From the human T2T-CHM13v2.0 reference genome, Homo sapiens, in the NCBI RefSeq assembly GCF_009914755.1, contig NC_060926.1: a stretch of 64,000 nt of DNA; one strand, written 5' to 3'. Numbering within the stretch: position 1 is the first letter of the stretch; every line of letters starts with the position of its first letter. Positions 14,354 to 30,929 of this stretch are shown in pieces. Made by a program: the position numbers and the translations under genes. The notes under the pieces are model-generated. The model saw nothing but the letters and a program-made list of their open reading frames with translations. It ran no database searches and was not told the origin of the DNA.

Positions 14354-14478
14354 AAAATTCTAGAACTCAAAATGTAGTCACAGCACTCAATGCCACATAT
14401 ATGCATATGAAGGCATAAGGCAATCATGCAGATATATGAAATACTTGTACACTGTATTGTATGTAGAATGATTATAAA

Positions 14479-14484
14479 TTTATT
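14479..14484 (-). terminator. Distal FKBP7 poly(A) signal (a proximal AATAAA lies at 16416-16421)
   Basis: tttatt on + = AATAAA on -, about 2.1 kb past the FKBP7 stop. Confidence 0.55.
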
Positions 14485-15109
14485 TTTAATTATGTAAATA
14501 CAAGTTTTAGAATGAATCATCTTCCTATTCATGTGGCATTATCTGTCATTTTTTAAAAACAAGTTTAAAAGCACTTTGTATGATAATGGGACAAAAAAAT
14601 TAGAATTACAAAGTTTAGATTATAGGGTGACTTCTTAATATGGATACAAAAAATTGAGACAGGTTCCAAACCAAAATAAAGAATATTGAGTTACTTAGTT
14701 TACTTCAACGGAGCAGGTTTTTTTGAGGGAAGGCGATGAAAGAGTAAATGATTAAGCATGTGAAAAAGTATTAGAAAATTGAGCATAGAAATGAAGAAAT
14801 ATTGGGAGGAAGGAAAAGATAGTACAGATTCTTGTTTTATAAGGTGTCAAATTATGTGCTAGCCATATGTATTATTTACTAATCTCATGGTTGTGTTACC
14901 CCTATGTATACTTTTGTTTGTTTTTGTATGTACTCATCTGAAAGCCCTCTATTTTTAAATAGAATTTTTGATAGTGTAAAGAAGTTAAAGGATGAACAAT
15001 GGTTTGGAAAGAGCAAGTTTCAGAAGGTAGAAAAAACTTTACTTGTTTGGAACTCAATTATTTTGAACAGAGCTATTTACTGTCTGACCATACTTTCCTA
15101 TATATGCAG

Positions 15110-15474
15110 TGTAGTAGTCCATTTTCACACTGCTATAAAGAACTGCCCCAGACTGGGTAATTTGTAAAGGAAAGAGGTTAAATTGACTCATGGTTCCCCA
15201 TGGCTGGGGAGGCCTCAGGAAGCTTACAATCATGGTGGAAGGCGGGGAAGCAAGGACTTTCTTCACAAGGTGGCGGGTGGGAGAATGAATGCAAGAGGAA
15301 CTACCAAACACTTATAAAACCATCAGATTGCATGAGAACAGCACGGGGAAAACCACCCCCATGATTCAGTTACCTCCACCTGGTCTCTCCATTGACATGT
15401 GGGGATTATGGAAATTATGGGGATTATAATTTCAAGATGAGATTTGGGTGTGGACACAAAGCCTGACCATACCA
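15110..15474. mobile_element. MaLR solo LTR (MSTA/THE1-like) in the FKBP7 3' region
   Basis: TG...CA ends; tagtccattttcacactgctataaagaac; 5-bp TSD tgcag at 15105-15109 / 15475-15479. Confidence 0.88.
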
Positions 15475-16562
15475 TGCAGTATGCAAAATCTATGTTCCGA
15501 TAGACATGTGCCCTTTCTTTGGTACCAACGTGATCTTCTACAGCATCTCTTACATACTATTCTCAAGTCATATGATATCATAACTTGACCATGACACAAA
15601 ATTGCCATGGCACTGTATATCCTCCTTTGTTTGGCACATTTATCAAAATTTGACAGCATACCAATTTGTAATGATCATTCATCATTAGTGACAAGAATGA
15701 TGGGAAATGAGGTGACATAAGGAAAGAGATAACTAGAGAAAGGGAACGAAAACTAAGAAATTTCATGGCATCAATTTAAAACTATCAAGACAAAAGCTTG
15801 GGGTGGCAGACATCTTATAAAGGTTTACAAGAGGGAAGAGGAGTTGCACATTTACAATAATGTCTGAAGGAATACAAAAGCCAGGCAGTACAGTCTTTAT
15901 GCTTGCTATAAGAGGCAAAAAGTCTTTGGTTTGGTCAAATATTTTTAAACATTCCCCACTGGAAAATACCCAAGGCTAGAAGCTTACACCAAAAAGTTTA
16001 GAGACTGTGTTGCGTTCTTTGTGGAACAGAGATATACAACTATCTTCCTGCACATATACCAAAGGAAGACTCTTCAGTTCTAGGATTTTTATATCGTCTT
16101 CATAATGTTATAAAAATGTATAAACAAGTGAAATGCTAATTCCTGGGTCCTTAATGGATATTTTCAAAATATGAGGCACTTTAACTTTTAAACTATAAAA
16201 AAACTGGATATTAACATGCTGGTAAGGTTAAAGTTGGGAAAAGCTTGCAGTTTTTGACATACTATACATGTCCTCCTACATCCTGAAAGGGGAAAAAATG
16301 CCCACTGGGACCCAGAGGTCTGTTTCATGGTGCTACAATTCTTGTTTACAGAATAAAGCAGTAGGAAACACAGTCATACCATTCCTGCAAGTTAAGTTTG
16401 CAAAACAGCCTCACATTTATTATACCAAAATCAATGTATTGGGGAGATCAAAATATCTTCTCATAGGGGAAAAATAGCAAATACAACTTGGAGAAAAGTG
16501 ACTTTGTTTTATACATAAAGTACAGTAAATAGCTAAAAAAAAAAAGTAGAAATACAAATATG

Positions 16563-16724
16563 CTATAGTTCATCGTGTTGGTATACATTGTATTCCTTGG
16601 GAGAAATGAAGCCATCACCATCATGGTCATTCTTCTTAAAAATATCTTCTAAAACTGCATCCTGATATGACTTGTCACGTGGCTTCTCATCTTTTTCAAA
16701 TTCCCTTTGCAAGTAGAGGTTTAT
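16563..16724 (-). CDS. FKBP7: FKBP7 exon 4: second EF-hand and ER-retention HDEL
   Basis: ttccag|INLYLQREFEKDEKPRDKSYQDAVLEDIFKKNDHDGDGFISPKEYNVYQHDEL*. Confidence 0.96.
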   Translation of the reverse strand: MNLYLQREFEKDEKPRDKSYQDAVLEDIFKKNDHDGDGFISPKEYNVYQHDEL

Positions 16725-17296
16725 CTGGAAGGCCAAAATAACATTCCTTTAATTAAAAGGTATCACAGTGAATTTCCAGTAACTTTAAGGAATAGTTATA
16801 ATAATGAAACTCATGTGCAAGATTACTTACAGTAAATGATACAACAGTATGAAAAGCTATTTGAGGTTTTATTTTTCTTATTCTTTGAAGCAATGTTTTG
16901 GAGAGAAACAGGTCTTCAAATTAGTTTTCCCTAAGATGATAGATGGTTAGTGGTACATACTCGAAGATTAATATTTAAACTGAATTTTGTTGAAACTAAA
17001 TGCTTTCTAATAATCCATGCTGTTCCTATTATCAAAGGAAAATCACGCATGACTGCCATTAGTGAAAGAAACCCAATTGGCATTTCTATAATCTCTAAAA
17101 CTAATGAATATGTTGTATAATCAATAAAACACAACCATGGGGTTTGAAATAAAATTTAGTATTTTAAGTTTTTCTATGCTTCTATAGCTCTCCTCCAAGT
17201 CTACATAACTATAATAATCTCTTTAATAATGTCAAATAAAGAATCCTGAAGTATTCACTAATTATATAAAATTTCTATATGCAAACACACATTAAA

Positions 17297-17597
17297 AGTA
17301 TTGTCCAATATAGTAGCCACTAGCCACATGTGACTAATGAGCACTTGAAACATGGCTAGATCAAAATGAGATATGTTACTATAAATATAAAATATATAAC
17401 AGATTTTGAAGACTTCAAAAAGTTATCTCATTGATAATTTTACATCGATCTCATATTGAAATGGCAATATTATAGATATATTGAGTGAAGATATAACATT
17501 AAAATTAATTTCACCTGTATCTTTTTACTTTTTAAGATGTGACTATAAAAATTTTAAAATTATATGTGTAACAATTGTATTTCCTTTGGAAAGCACT
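17297..17597. mobile_element. hAT-Charlie MITE (MER33-like)
   Basis: tgtccaatatagtagccactagccacatgtg ... attaatttcacctg. Confidence 0.75.
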
Positions 17598-19111
17598 AAT
17601 CCTTATAATAACTAAAGAAAGCAATGCACAATCATCTGGAGGTAATGTTCAGTAAGGCTGGCATTATAGAGGCAAGAGTATTTTTGAAAGCTAGAGTTTG
17701 AGAGGTTTTTAGCAATACATATCCCAGGGTCAACCCATTGCAAGTTGACTTTATTTTAGAGCAATCAGTGGACCTTAATGAAGGATACATCAACTGTTCT
17801 CAAATGGGACTTTGGTCCTACATGAGGCAGACACATTTTTTTCTTCCAGCCAAAGCTTAGCAATCCTATGTAGGGGTAAACAATTTTTAATACCTTCAAA
17901 TATTTCTCAGTTTCTAAGTAAGTCAAATTATTTTTACATAACCAATATTGCTGATGCTTAAACTTGACTCCTTTTCCAGTAAACTACAGTACAGAGGTAC
18001 AAAAAGACAGTGGGTAAGAACATGACCTTAATTTTGCTAGTAATGGGTTCCACACTATTTCCACTTTTTAATTTAATAAAATACTGTATTTCCCCCGTCC
18101 TTTCCGTCTTTATTAATATTAAAGAAAGTTTTTCTTTTTCTTTTTTAAATGTTCCTTCCTGTACACTGATGAAATAGTTTACTTAATCTTTCTGACAATG
18201 AATAAAGTTTTTTGTTTGTTTGTTTTTGTTTTTGTTTTTTTAGTTCGTGTTTCTACTTCAGGCTTTGTCTTGGATTTGCTGTGTGGTCTTCTGCAAATTA
18301 ACCTCTCTGAACCTCAGTTTTGTCATCTGTAAAAGGAGATAAGTAAGTATCTATATTGTAGGATTGATATGAGGATTAGAATAATGATTATGGCCATCAA
18401 TAAAAGACAGCTATTGTTATTCAAGTTAGTGAAAATCACTCTCATCCATCTGGCAATAAAGCAGCTGATATCACATAGACATCTGGGGAAATTGTAGATA
18501 AGTAGATTACTATTTTGGATTTTCTCTATTTTTATTTTCCAGAAAAGAACTTAAGATCATCTAATGTCTTACTGAGGAGTATTCATACTGCAGAACGTGG
18601 CTCTTGGTGTGCCTGTGATAATGAGTGGTCTGTGTGCATAGGCTGAGCTCTTGGGTACTATGCGAATTCATCTGCAGCTGCTATTCACTCTAAAAAAGGG
18701 TGATAAGGAGTCAATAGAGAAGTACACTTTGGGAACCATTTGCCACCCCGGTAACTGCCCTTCTTCTTAAGAACAGGACATGTTCCCTTCTCCTTCTTCC
18801 ACTGTTGGCCAACCAAGATGCCTGAAGGGAAAGTCATTACTAATATCCTGGTGTAAGAAGTTGAACTGGGTGGGGAAAGGATTGGAGAGGGAGATGAAAA
18901 AGAAACAGAGAAAAAGACTTATTTTTATTACTTGAAATCAACCTAGTTAGCTTTTACTACTTACTTATGTGGTAGAGTTACACATTTTTAAATGTCTCCT
19001 AACTAGTTAAGAGGGGAGACAGCTGGTTTACTAATTTTAAGCAGGAGTATCGTCAGTGGGACTAAGTAAGACATTAGAATTCAATAAATAGTATTAGACT
19101 TGAAACATTCA

Positions 19112-19423
<312 letters not shown>

Positions 19424-19644
19424 TTTAAAAAATTGAAATGTAAGAACAGTCATGAAGCCAGATTGCCCAGGTTTTGCCCCTTACTACTGTGTGATTTTTG
19501 GCTGATTAACCTGATTATTATTTTCCCCATCTAAAAGCGAAGATGATGACAATAGTGTCTGCCCCATAAACTATCATGAAGATTACATAAGTTCACATAC
19601 TTATGTGCTTATAAATAGTACCTGGTACTAAAAGTATAAAATAA

Positions 19645-19962
<318 letters not shown>

Positions 19963-20444
19963 CAATTATCATTATTATTACAAGATCTTTATTACAAGGC
20001 TGAGATACAGACGCTAGCTGGCTGAACTTCTGGCTCCTGTTTACCAACTTTCTAGCCCACTCAATTCAGACCCTTGCTAGCTCTTTTCATCATCCTATGA
20101 GGCGTGAATTATTTGCCCTGTTGCAAATTCTTACAGTGCTGTCTGAAAAAGAGATATGCTAGTGTAATCTAGAAACTGGAAGAGCACTGTAGAGACAAAT
20201 AATTCGGGATTTTAATGACTCTCTTGCAGGGAGAAAGGCAATTGAACAGGATGACTCACAAGGTTTATACTGAAAAAGCTTAGAGCTTTTTCTAAGCGCT
20301 TAGATTATTTTTTAGTGACCAGCTCTATAAAAGCAGTGATCAGAGCCCATGCTAGCTAGACCTAAAAAGTAATAGTTGTAACACAGATGTATTTAAACTG
20401 TGATAAAAAAATTAGACTATACACATGAAATTGGTTTGAATTAC

Positions 20445-20578
20445 CTCGGCTTTAGAGAGCTGCCTGTCATTGTCCATGTCTATTTGTTTAAATGTCTCAA
20501 TGCTCCGTGGTCCTTTGGTCACAGCATAAAGTTCAATCTCAAAAATCAATGTAGCATCCGGTGGAATCTTGCCTTCTG
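20445..20578 (-). CDS. FKBP7: FKBP7 exon 3: end of the PPIase domain and first EF-hand
   Basis: ttag|CAG AAG ... AEGKIPPDATLIFEIELYAVTKGPRSIETFKQIDMDNDRQLSKAE|gtaatt; 134 nt. Confidence 0.95.
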
Positions 20579-20907
20579 CTAAGGGTATAAATTTTAACAG
20601 TTTAACTTATGTAAAGATATAGTTCAAATATCTATTCATGAACTGCCATAACCATATTATATTATTTCATGTTGATAAGAATTGCTATCTGAATACTCAC
20701 AATTTTTAATTTTTTCTCATCTTTTATAACTTTTTTCGGCTTTTCAATAGTTTTCTTTTTTGTTTTTTTTTCTCTTTTTTTTATAAATACTTTTTTAGGA
20801 ATATTTTTTCCATATGTTTCCAAACCAAGTCAATTCAAAGGACCTATGGGACCACTATTTCTTGATTAATTTAAGTAAAAATCATAAACTTTTTATTAAT
20901 GCATGGA

Positions 20908-21251
20908 TATGACCCTCTATATCTGTGGGTTCTGCATCTGTGGATTCAACCAGTCTCGGCTTGAAAATATTCATACAAAAAAAGGATAGTTGTGTCTGTA
21001 ATAAACATGTACAGACTTTTGTCTTGTCATTATTCCCTAACCAATACAATATAACAATCTTTTACATAACATTTACATTGTATTAGATATTATAAGTAAT
21101 CTAGAGATAATTTAAAGTACACCGGAAGATGTCCAGAGGTTATGTGCAAATGTGATGCCATTTTGTATCAGGGGCTTGAGCTTCTGTGGATTTTGGAATC
21201 CATGAGAAGGTCTTGGAACCAATCTCTAACAGGTACTGAGAGACAACTGTA
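20908..21251. mobile_element. MER2-like TcMar-Tigger MITE
   Basis: ccctctatatctgtgggttctgcatctgtggattcaacc ... tactgagagacaactgta. Confidence 0.8.
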
Positions 21252-21459
21252 CTCTCCTATCATCAACACAGAAGAGAGGTGGCACAGAGAAGAAATGCAT
21301 GGGCAGAAAAATTGCAAAGCATAGATGAGTCATCTTTTAGAAAGTGATTTTGTGTAGTTATTTGGAAGCATAAATAAAACATAAGTATTAATATATTTGT
21401 CTTTCAAATTTTTTATAGACATTAAAAAATAAGTGCAATGATAGAAAAATCCAGTAACA

Positions 21460-23665
<2,206 letters not shown>

Positions 23666-23822
23666 GGATATATTGCCAATTACCTCTTTTTCTTGTTTTT
23701 TTTTTTTTTTTAAAAAAAACTAAAGTATAAAAATGAGGAAAATATGCATTTGCTACGGAATTACTTATATTTAGAGAAGCAGATCAAAGAAGTAGGAATT
23801 AAGGTAAAGAATATATACATAC

Positions 23823-23936
23823 CGCATGTATTGTTATTTAAGCACTAACAAGTCACATGCATTTCAAGACATGCAGGGTTGTTCTGTGACATGAGACAAG
23901 GATATTTTGCAGAAGAAAGACTTCTTCAAGTACTAC
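23823..23936 (-). other. FKBP7: Candidate FKBP7 cassette (poison) exon
   Basis: ctttattttag|G acceptor; GCG|gtatgt donor; 114 nt; in-frame TGA at codon 4. Confidence 0.55.
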
Positions 23937-25349
23937 CTAAAATAAAGTTATAGCTAATGTTAGGTCTTAATAACAACTTACTTTTAAATGCTTATTTAAT
24001 CAAGAGGTTGTTTGTTAAACAGTTACTTAAGGTCTACACTGCAACTTTTAAAATAATGTAATCCAAGGTATTGGATTACAATGCCTAATGTAACGCAGGC
24101 AAGGTCAGTATTAACTATGGTCCAATTAACACTTTTTTTGGGCCTCAGTTTCTTACTCTGTAAAATGAGGGTGCTGGTGGTATTACTAGTGAGATTAATC
24201 ACTTTAATGTTTGTTAGAGATACCTCCAATTGAATATGAACTTGTTTCACATCAAACTTCTATATCTCTGCAGCAAGTTTCTGATTTATTAAGAGCTTAG
24301 GCAGCCTGGGTAGTCATTCATATCTAAGCATAAATTAGTTTATGAAAAAGATAAGCTAAGTGGTCCTTTGCCTGATGGCGGTGAACCCTGGATGAGCACC
24401 TGATGATGACAGATGTGTGTGCTCTAGGCAGATAGGAGAGTGGGTGCTCTAGTGGTAGGCAGAATGTGGAGGCATCTGAAGACACAACGCAAGACAGAAA
24501 GGAAAACTTTGAAAATGAGAAAGAGACTGAAAGGCAAACTCTGCCTCCAACATTTTGCCTAGAAGTGGCCTCAACTTTTGACAACATTTTTAGCACAAGT
24601 ATTGCATTTGACTTAATTTATTTTCAATTTTCCTTCTCTTTCTCCTAGGTTCCTATACAAATAAAAACAGGATATATGAATTATGGTACCATGGGAGCTG
24701 TTCTGATGGGATCAAATTATTGGCAAAAAGCATTAAAAATAAAGCTGAAGTTATCTGGAAATTGTCTCTTTAGGAGTTTTAAGCCTGACTGGGTCTGACT
24801 CAAAGCACTGACACCCCCCCACCACCCGCCAATCCAGTGTGGGGCACTGATGCCCCGATTTTGCTGGAAAGAACTCTTAATGACTAAGACAACTGCCTCA
24901 AAGAAGGCATGCCACTTCCATGAAATATTTGGGAGCAATGCCAATATCTCATTGTGGAAAATTAATCTTTACTATTTCAAACCGGTGGAGTCAGCAGTGG
25001 CTCTAAATAGGGTAAGGAGGCAAAGATTCTTTCTGTATAGCCTTCAAGCAGCAACACGGAGCAAGAACCTAACTAAGGATGCAAGGTACAGCCTATCAGG
25101 CTGCCCATCCTCCTGCCTGCTTTAAAAATTTTCTTCTCTGTTCTGCTACATGCAATTTTTGTAATTTAAAATTTTAATTTTGGAAAAATTAATACATGCC
25201 TTATAAAACTTTCAAATGGTACAAAATGTTAGAGTGAAAAGAAATCTTCTCATCCTTGACCCTGAGGCCTCCTTCCCAGGAACACTTAATGTCATCAGAT
25301 GACTGCATATTCTTCCAGATGTATTCTGTGTAGATACATGCATATGTGA

Positions 25350-26325
<976 letters not shown>

Positions 26326-27129
26326 GCATTTTCACTTTTGATAACAGTTGATAGAGAAGTTGAATGATTTCCATTCCCAGCAATAATGCTGGTTTTTCCA
26401 TGCTTTTGCCAAGTTGTTTTGTGTTTGCTAATCTGATGAGTGAAATATGATGTCTCATTTTTAATTTCTCTTTATGAATAAAATTAAGTATTCTCATAGA
26501 CTTAAAGGCCATTTGTAGTTTTTTGTTAGTGGGTGCTTATTTATGAATTTGGCCCATTTCTAGGGATATGTCATTTTCATTATTGGTTAGCAAGTCTTCA
26601 TACATGTTACAAACATTTTTCCCGCTTATTTGCTTTACCTAGGTTTTCAGATCTTTTTGCTGTAGGATTTTTAAAATGACAAGATATTGAAAGAATAAGA
26701 TCATTTCTTGCACATTTGAAGGCTTGTCCTGTATTGGGGTAATAATGACTGACAGCCCATTATATCTCAGCTGTTCCTTTTACAATGTGCCCGTCCTGTC
26801 CTTTTACTCTAAACCTACATGTTCCAGTTTCTGAGTTTTATGAATTTAACTTTGGTACTGCTTACCAAAGATCTGTGTTATAAATATTTATGTAATAATA
26901 ACATATGCTGAAAACAAATAAAAATGCTTAAGGTAGAGCTTATAGAATATATATAATCATCATGAGTGTTGCCACAATGTAGAAGAAAGAACTCTGGCCA
27001 GAGATCTATATTCAAACAATGTCATATTATCCTTATAAGCAAAAAGAAGGGACTGGACTGAACTAGATAGAGCTTAAGGTCATTGGGCTTTACTGTTCTC
27101 TTTATTTCATCTATCATTTTTTATTTCAC

Positions 27130-27800
<671 letters not shown>

Positions 27801-27855
27801 TATTAATCATTTTTTAAATATAACTAAAACAAGAAATTAAAATTAAACATCTTAC

Positions 27856-28007
27856 CATAGCCTTCCTTTCCGTATGCAAATGAAGGGGGTATAACTACTT
27901 TTCGCTTTTCTCCAGGGCACATATCTGTCATAGCAATGTCTAGGCCTTTTATGACTTGCCCAACACCAAGAACAAACCATTTGGGGTGGCCTTCATTTTG
28001 TGTCCGG
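27856..28007 (-). CDS. FKBP7: FKBP7 exon 2 (FKBP-type PPIase)
   Basis: tag|C CGG ... RTQNEGHPKWFVLGVGQVIKGLDIAMTDMCPGEKRKVVIPPSFAYGKEGY G|gtaaga; 152 nt. Confidence 0.96.
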
Positions 28008-29072
28008 CTATAACAAAAAGCAATACTTAAGTAAACTGATTTCAAGAAATCAAACTTGAAAATACAGCTGGGCATTTAAAATTGGAGTCCTCTCTAACCA
28101 TCATTCCCATATAATCACTCTTTCTAAAACCCTTAATGGGGTGTTTGACTCAAACTTCCCTATAATCACCAGAAAGAAGTATGATTTGCCCAAAGTTAAT
28201 CATTAACAGCCATCTCATTTTTTAAAATTGTTATCTTTACAAAAACTATTCAACAGTTAACTTTTTAATGGGTCTCCAGCCCCTAACTAGGTGCATGGCT
28301 TGTACAAAGAACTCATTTAACTCCCTGGGTTTGTTGTAAAAAAATGATAGGGCAGTTTTAGCCTCAAAAAGTCATTTTAATAGTAATTTAAAATGGTATA
28401 TTTTCTTATTAAATTCTAATGATATAATTTATTAAATTCTTATTAAATTATAAAATTGTATAAATTCTTATTAAATTTCTCTATTTTATTCTAAATGGAT
28501 GGAACTGTTTTTCCCAGTCCTATCTTTACAGGGTAAAGAAAAGATTCTCCCTCTGAGTAATAAGCCATCAATTAAATCAGAGTAGGCACCAGGTGGAATG
28601 AGGGAGCAGGGCCCACCAGAAGTCACCAGGGAAGTAACTGTTTTTCTTGATAGAAAGTGGCCACAACCTATAAAAATCGTGCTTCTGAAGGCCAGAATTA
28701 AATCTCTTTATTCCATGTATTCCTCCGTAAAGACTCAATACTTCTGGCAAGGGAAAAATGTGAACATCCTTATAGGCAGAACCTTGATTTAATTCTGGAG
28801 GTCCCAAGGGTAATGGTGGTGGTTGATGTGTGTGTGGATGTATCGTATTTTTGATAATTTATTGCCACAACATTTTCAATACTTTAAATAAAAATATTCA
28901 GTTTATTAGAGAAACACTGCCATATAATGTGATTTTTTTTAATGAATAAAGGGCTCAACTTTTACCGTTAAAAAATAAAACCCCAACCAACCAACCAATG
29001 AGGCTTCCGCTTGGTGGAGGCAGGCAAGATTTTGTGCAACTGGACGCACGGGCAGCTCGCAGCATTTCCTAC

Positions 29073-29293
29073 CTGCAGTAGAATTTCGAGCCGTCTTTAG
29101 CCAGGTAGCCGTCATAATGGGCATTTAGTAGGTCTCCCTTCTTGCTTGTCTTAGAGCAGTTTTCTGGACGATGCAAAACTTCTATTTTCACTTCTTCGGT
29201 GCTCTCCTCTTTCTTTTGTCTCTGAGCAGTAAAAAGGCCCCACAGATAAAAGAAAACAATGAATCTGAATAAGAAATGCATGGTTTTTGGCAT
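29073..29293 (-). CDS. FKBP7: FKBP7 exon 1 CDS: signal peptide and PPIase start
   Basis: MPKTMHFLFRFIVFFYLWGLFTA...GDLLNAHYDGYLAKDGSKFYC AG|gtagga; the four exons sum to 669 nt = 222 aa + stop. Confidence 0.96.
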
Positions 29294-30010
29294 CGGCTCC
29301 AGCAGAACACTGCTCTCCCTCCCGCGTGTCACTCGCGCCCCGTGGATGTCCCGCGGCCGAGTTCCGACGCGTGGCAGGCGTTGTCCTGCGTCACAAAGGG
29401 CCGGGGCGGGGCCATAGATGCGGCCCCGCCCTCTCATGGCCCCAACCCCTCCGCCTCCCGCAGCGGGCTCAGCGCGGTTAACGCTGTTTCTAGGCCCTCG
29501 GGCTGGCTGTCCTCAGTCTTTAAGATCGCAACGCACACTCGCTCCGCTTCTTCTCGCTAAACCCGCGTATTTTACAGCAGGTTTCCTCAGGGTTCGGTGA
29601 CAACATTCGCATTTTCTAAAATGAAACTGGCATAAGACGAAATAAACAGCCTGGGATGTCGTAGAGTCAGGGAATATGGTTGTCATTTCTGGAAGCAAAA
29701 GGCTTCTAAGACCCCTAGGGAACGAGCAGATAGATACTGGGGGGAGGGAGAGGCATGCTGGAAAAGGAGCGTAAAAAATAGGCTGGCGGTGGCTTTCTGG
29801 GTGCTTCGGAGGTGTCCTTGAAGCGCATTCTCAGGTCGGAATCTTGCATTCAGAGGTTCCAGGCTGAGTCGCACAACCTGAAGGCCAGCCCGATGCAACG
29901 AAACTGCGGTACCGCAACTCCTCTGCCTGGCTGCAGGCGTTTCCGAGAGCCGACCTCCACAATTCAGCATCCTCCGCTGGCTTGCATTTCTTTTCCCCGC
30001 CACTCGGGGC
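29290..30010. promoter_or_regulatory. FKBP7 promoter CpG-rich region
   Basis: CpG-rich; GC boxes ggggcgggg (~29403) and ccccgccc (~29424). Confidence 0.8.
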
Positions 30011-30929
30011 CGCCCTTGATTCGAGGGCCTCTGGTAGTGCGGGGAATGTTCTTTTGACTTTTTTGTACCATCCCATGGGATACGTAATTGTCCACATCAG
30101 TCAAGAAAACTTGAGTATTGGGCATGTTGTCCCAATCTCACAGCTAATACGCAGCAGGGATTTGGTCAAATCTGTGTGACAACACCACTTCACCACCAAT
30201 TTTAGTATGAAAACCTTTAAAATACACAGAAAGTTGAATTCTACAGTAAACTCTCCTACACCCACCATCTGGATCCTGTCATTGAACTATATTATATTTA
30301 TTACATATCCATCCATCACTCTATCCATCCATCAATTCGCCTTGTTTCCAAGTGAATACCCAAAGACTACCCAAACCAGAAAACCAGCAAAGGCCTTCTG
30401 CATTCGCCTGGATTAAGTTCTGGGAGTAGAGGTGCTATTCTACCTCGGTGATGCGAAGAAAAGCCGCAGCACTGAGCCTGATTGATGTGCTTTGCTTAAA
30501 GTTTGCAAAATTCCATAAACCTGAAAATTACTGTCGATTATGCAAGATGACAATTGCGTCCAAGCAGGAGTTTCAAAAATCATAAAAGCTAGGGGGAAGT
30601 CCCCATTTCTAGACTAAAATTCCGAAGTCGAGTTCCATGTTTTATATTCTAAATAAAATTGTGGCTATCCAAGGTTATCGGCGTGATGACAGTTCCTTGG
30701 GGGCCCTCGCCATTCCTTGTCAGAGGACCCCGTCTGCTGCACATTGCCTTCCTAGGAGATAATTTCAGACCCCTTGAATATGAGGAAAATACGAAGCAAA
30801 CAGAAATAGGAAGGCTTTTATGTATTTTTGAAGAAAAAACAGGATTTTATGTAAAATAAAAACAGGATTTCATGAAGAAACAGGATATTATGTATTTCTG
30901 AAGAAAACCCAGGAAAACCCGAGAGAACT

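Noticed and set aside
20274-20304. Adjacent short palindromes (aaaagct-tag-agctttt; tctaagcgcttaga)
   Set aside because: Short AT-rich stems can arise by chance; no ncRNA signature.
29360-29395. CCACG and TGACGC motifs as an ER-stress element in the FKBP7 promoter
   Set aside because: No CCAAT-N9-CCACG or exact UPRE arrangement; half-sites are common in CpG islands.
29294-29437. In-frame ATG 48 codons upstream of the FKBP7 start
   Set aside because: It lies upstream of the GC boxes, probably before the TSS, and would displace the signal peptide from the N-terminus.
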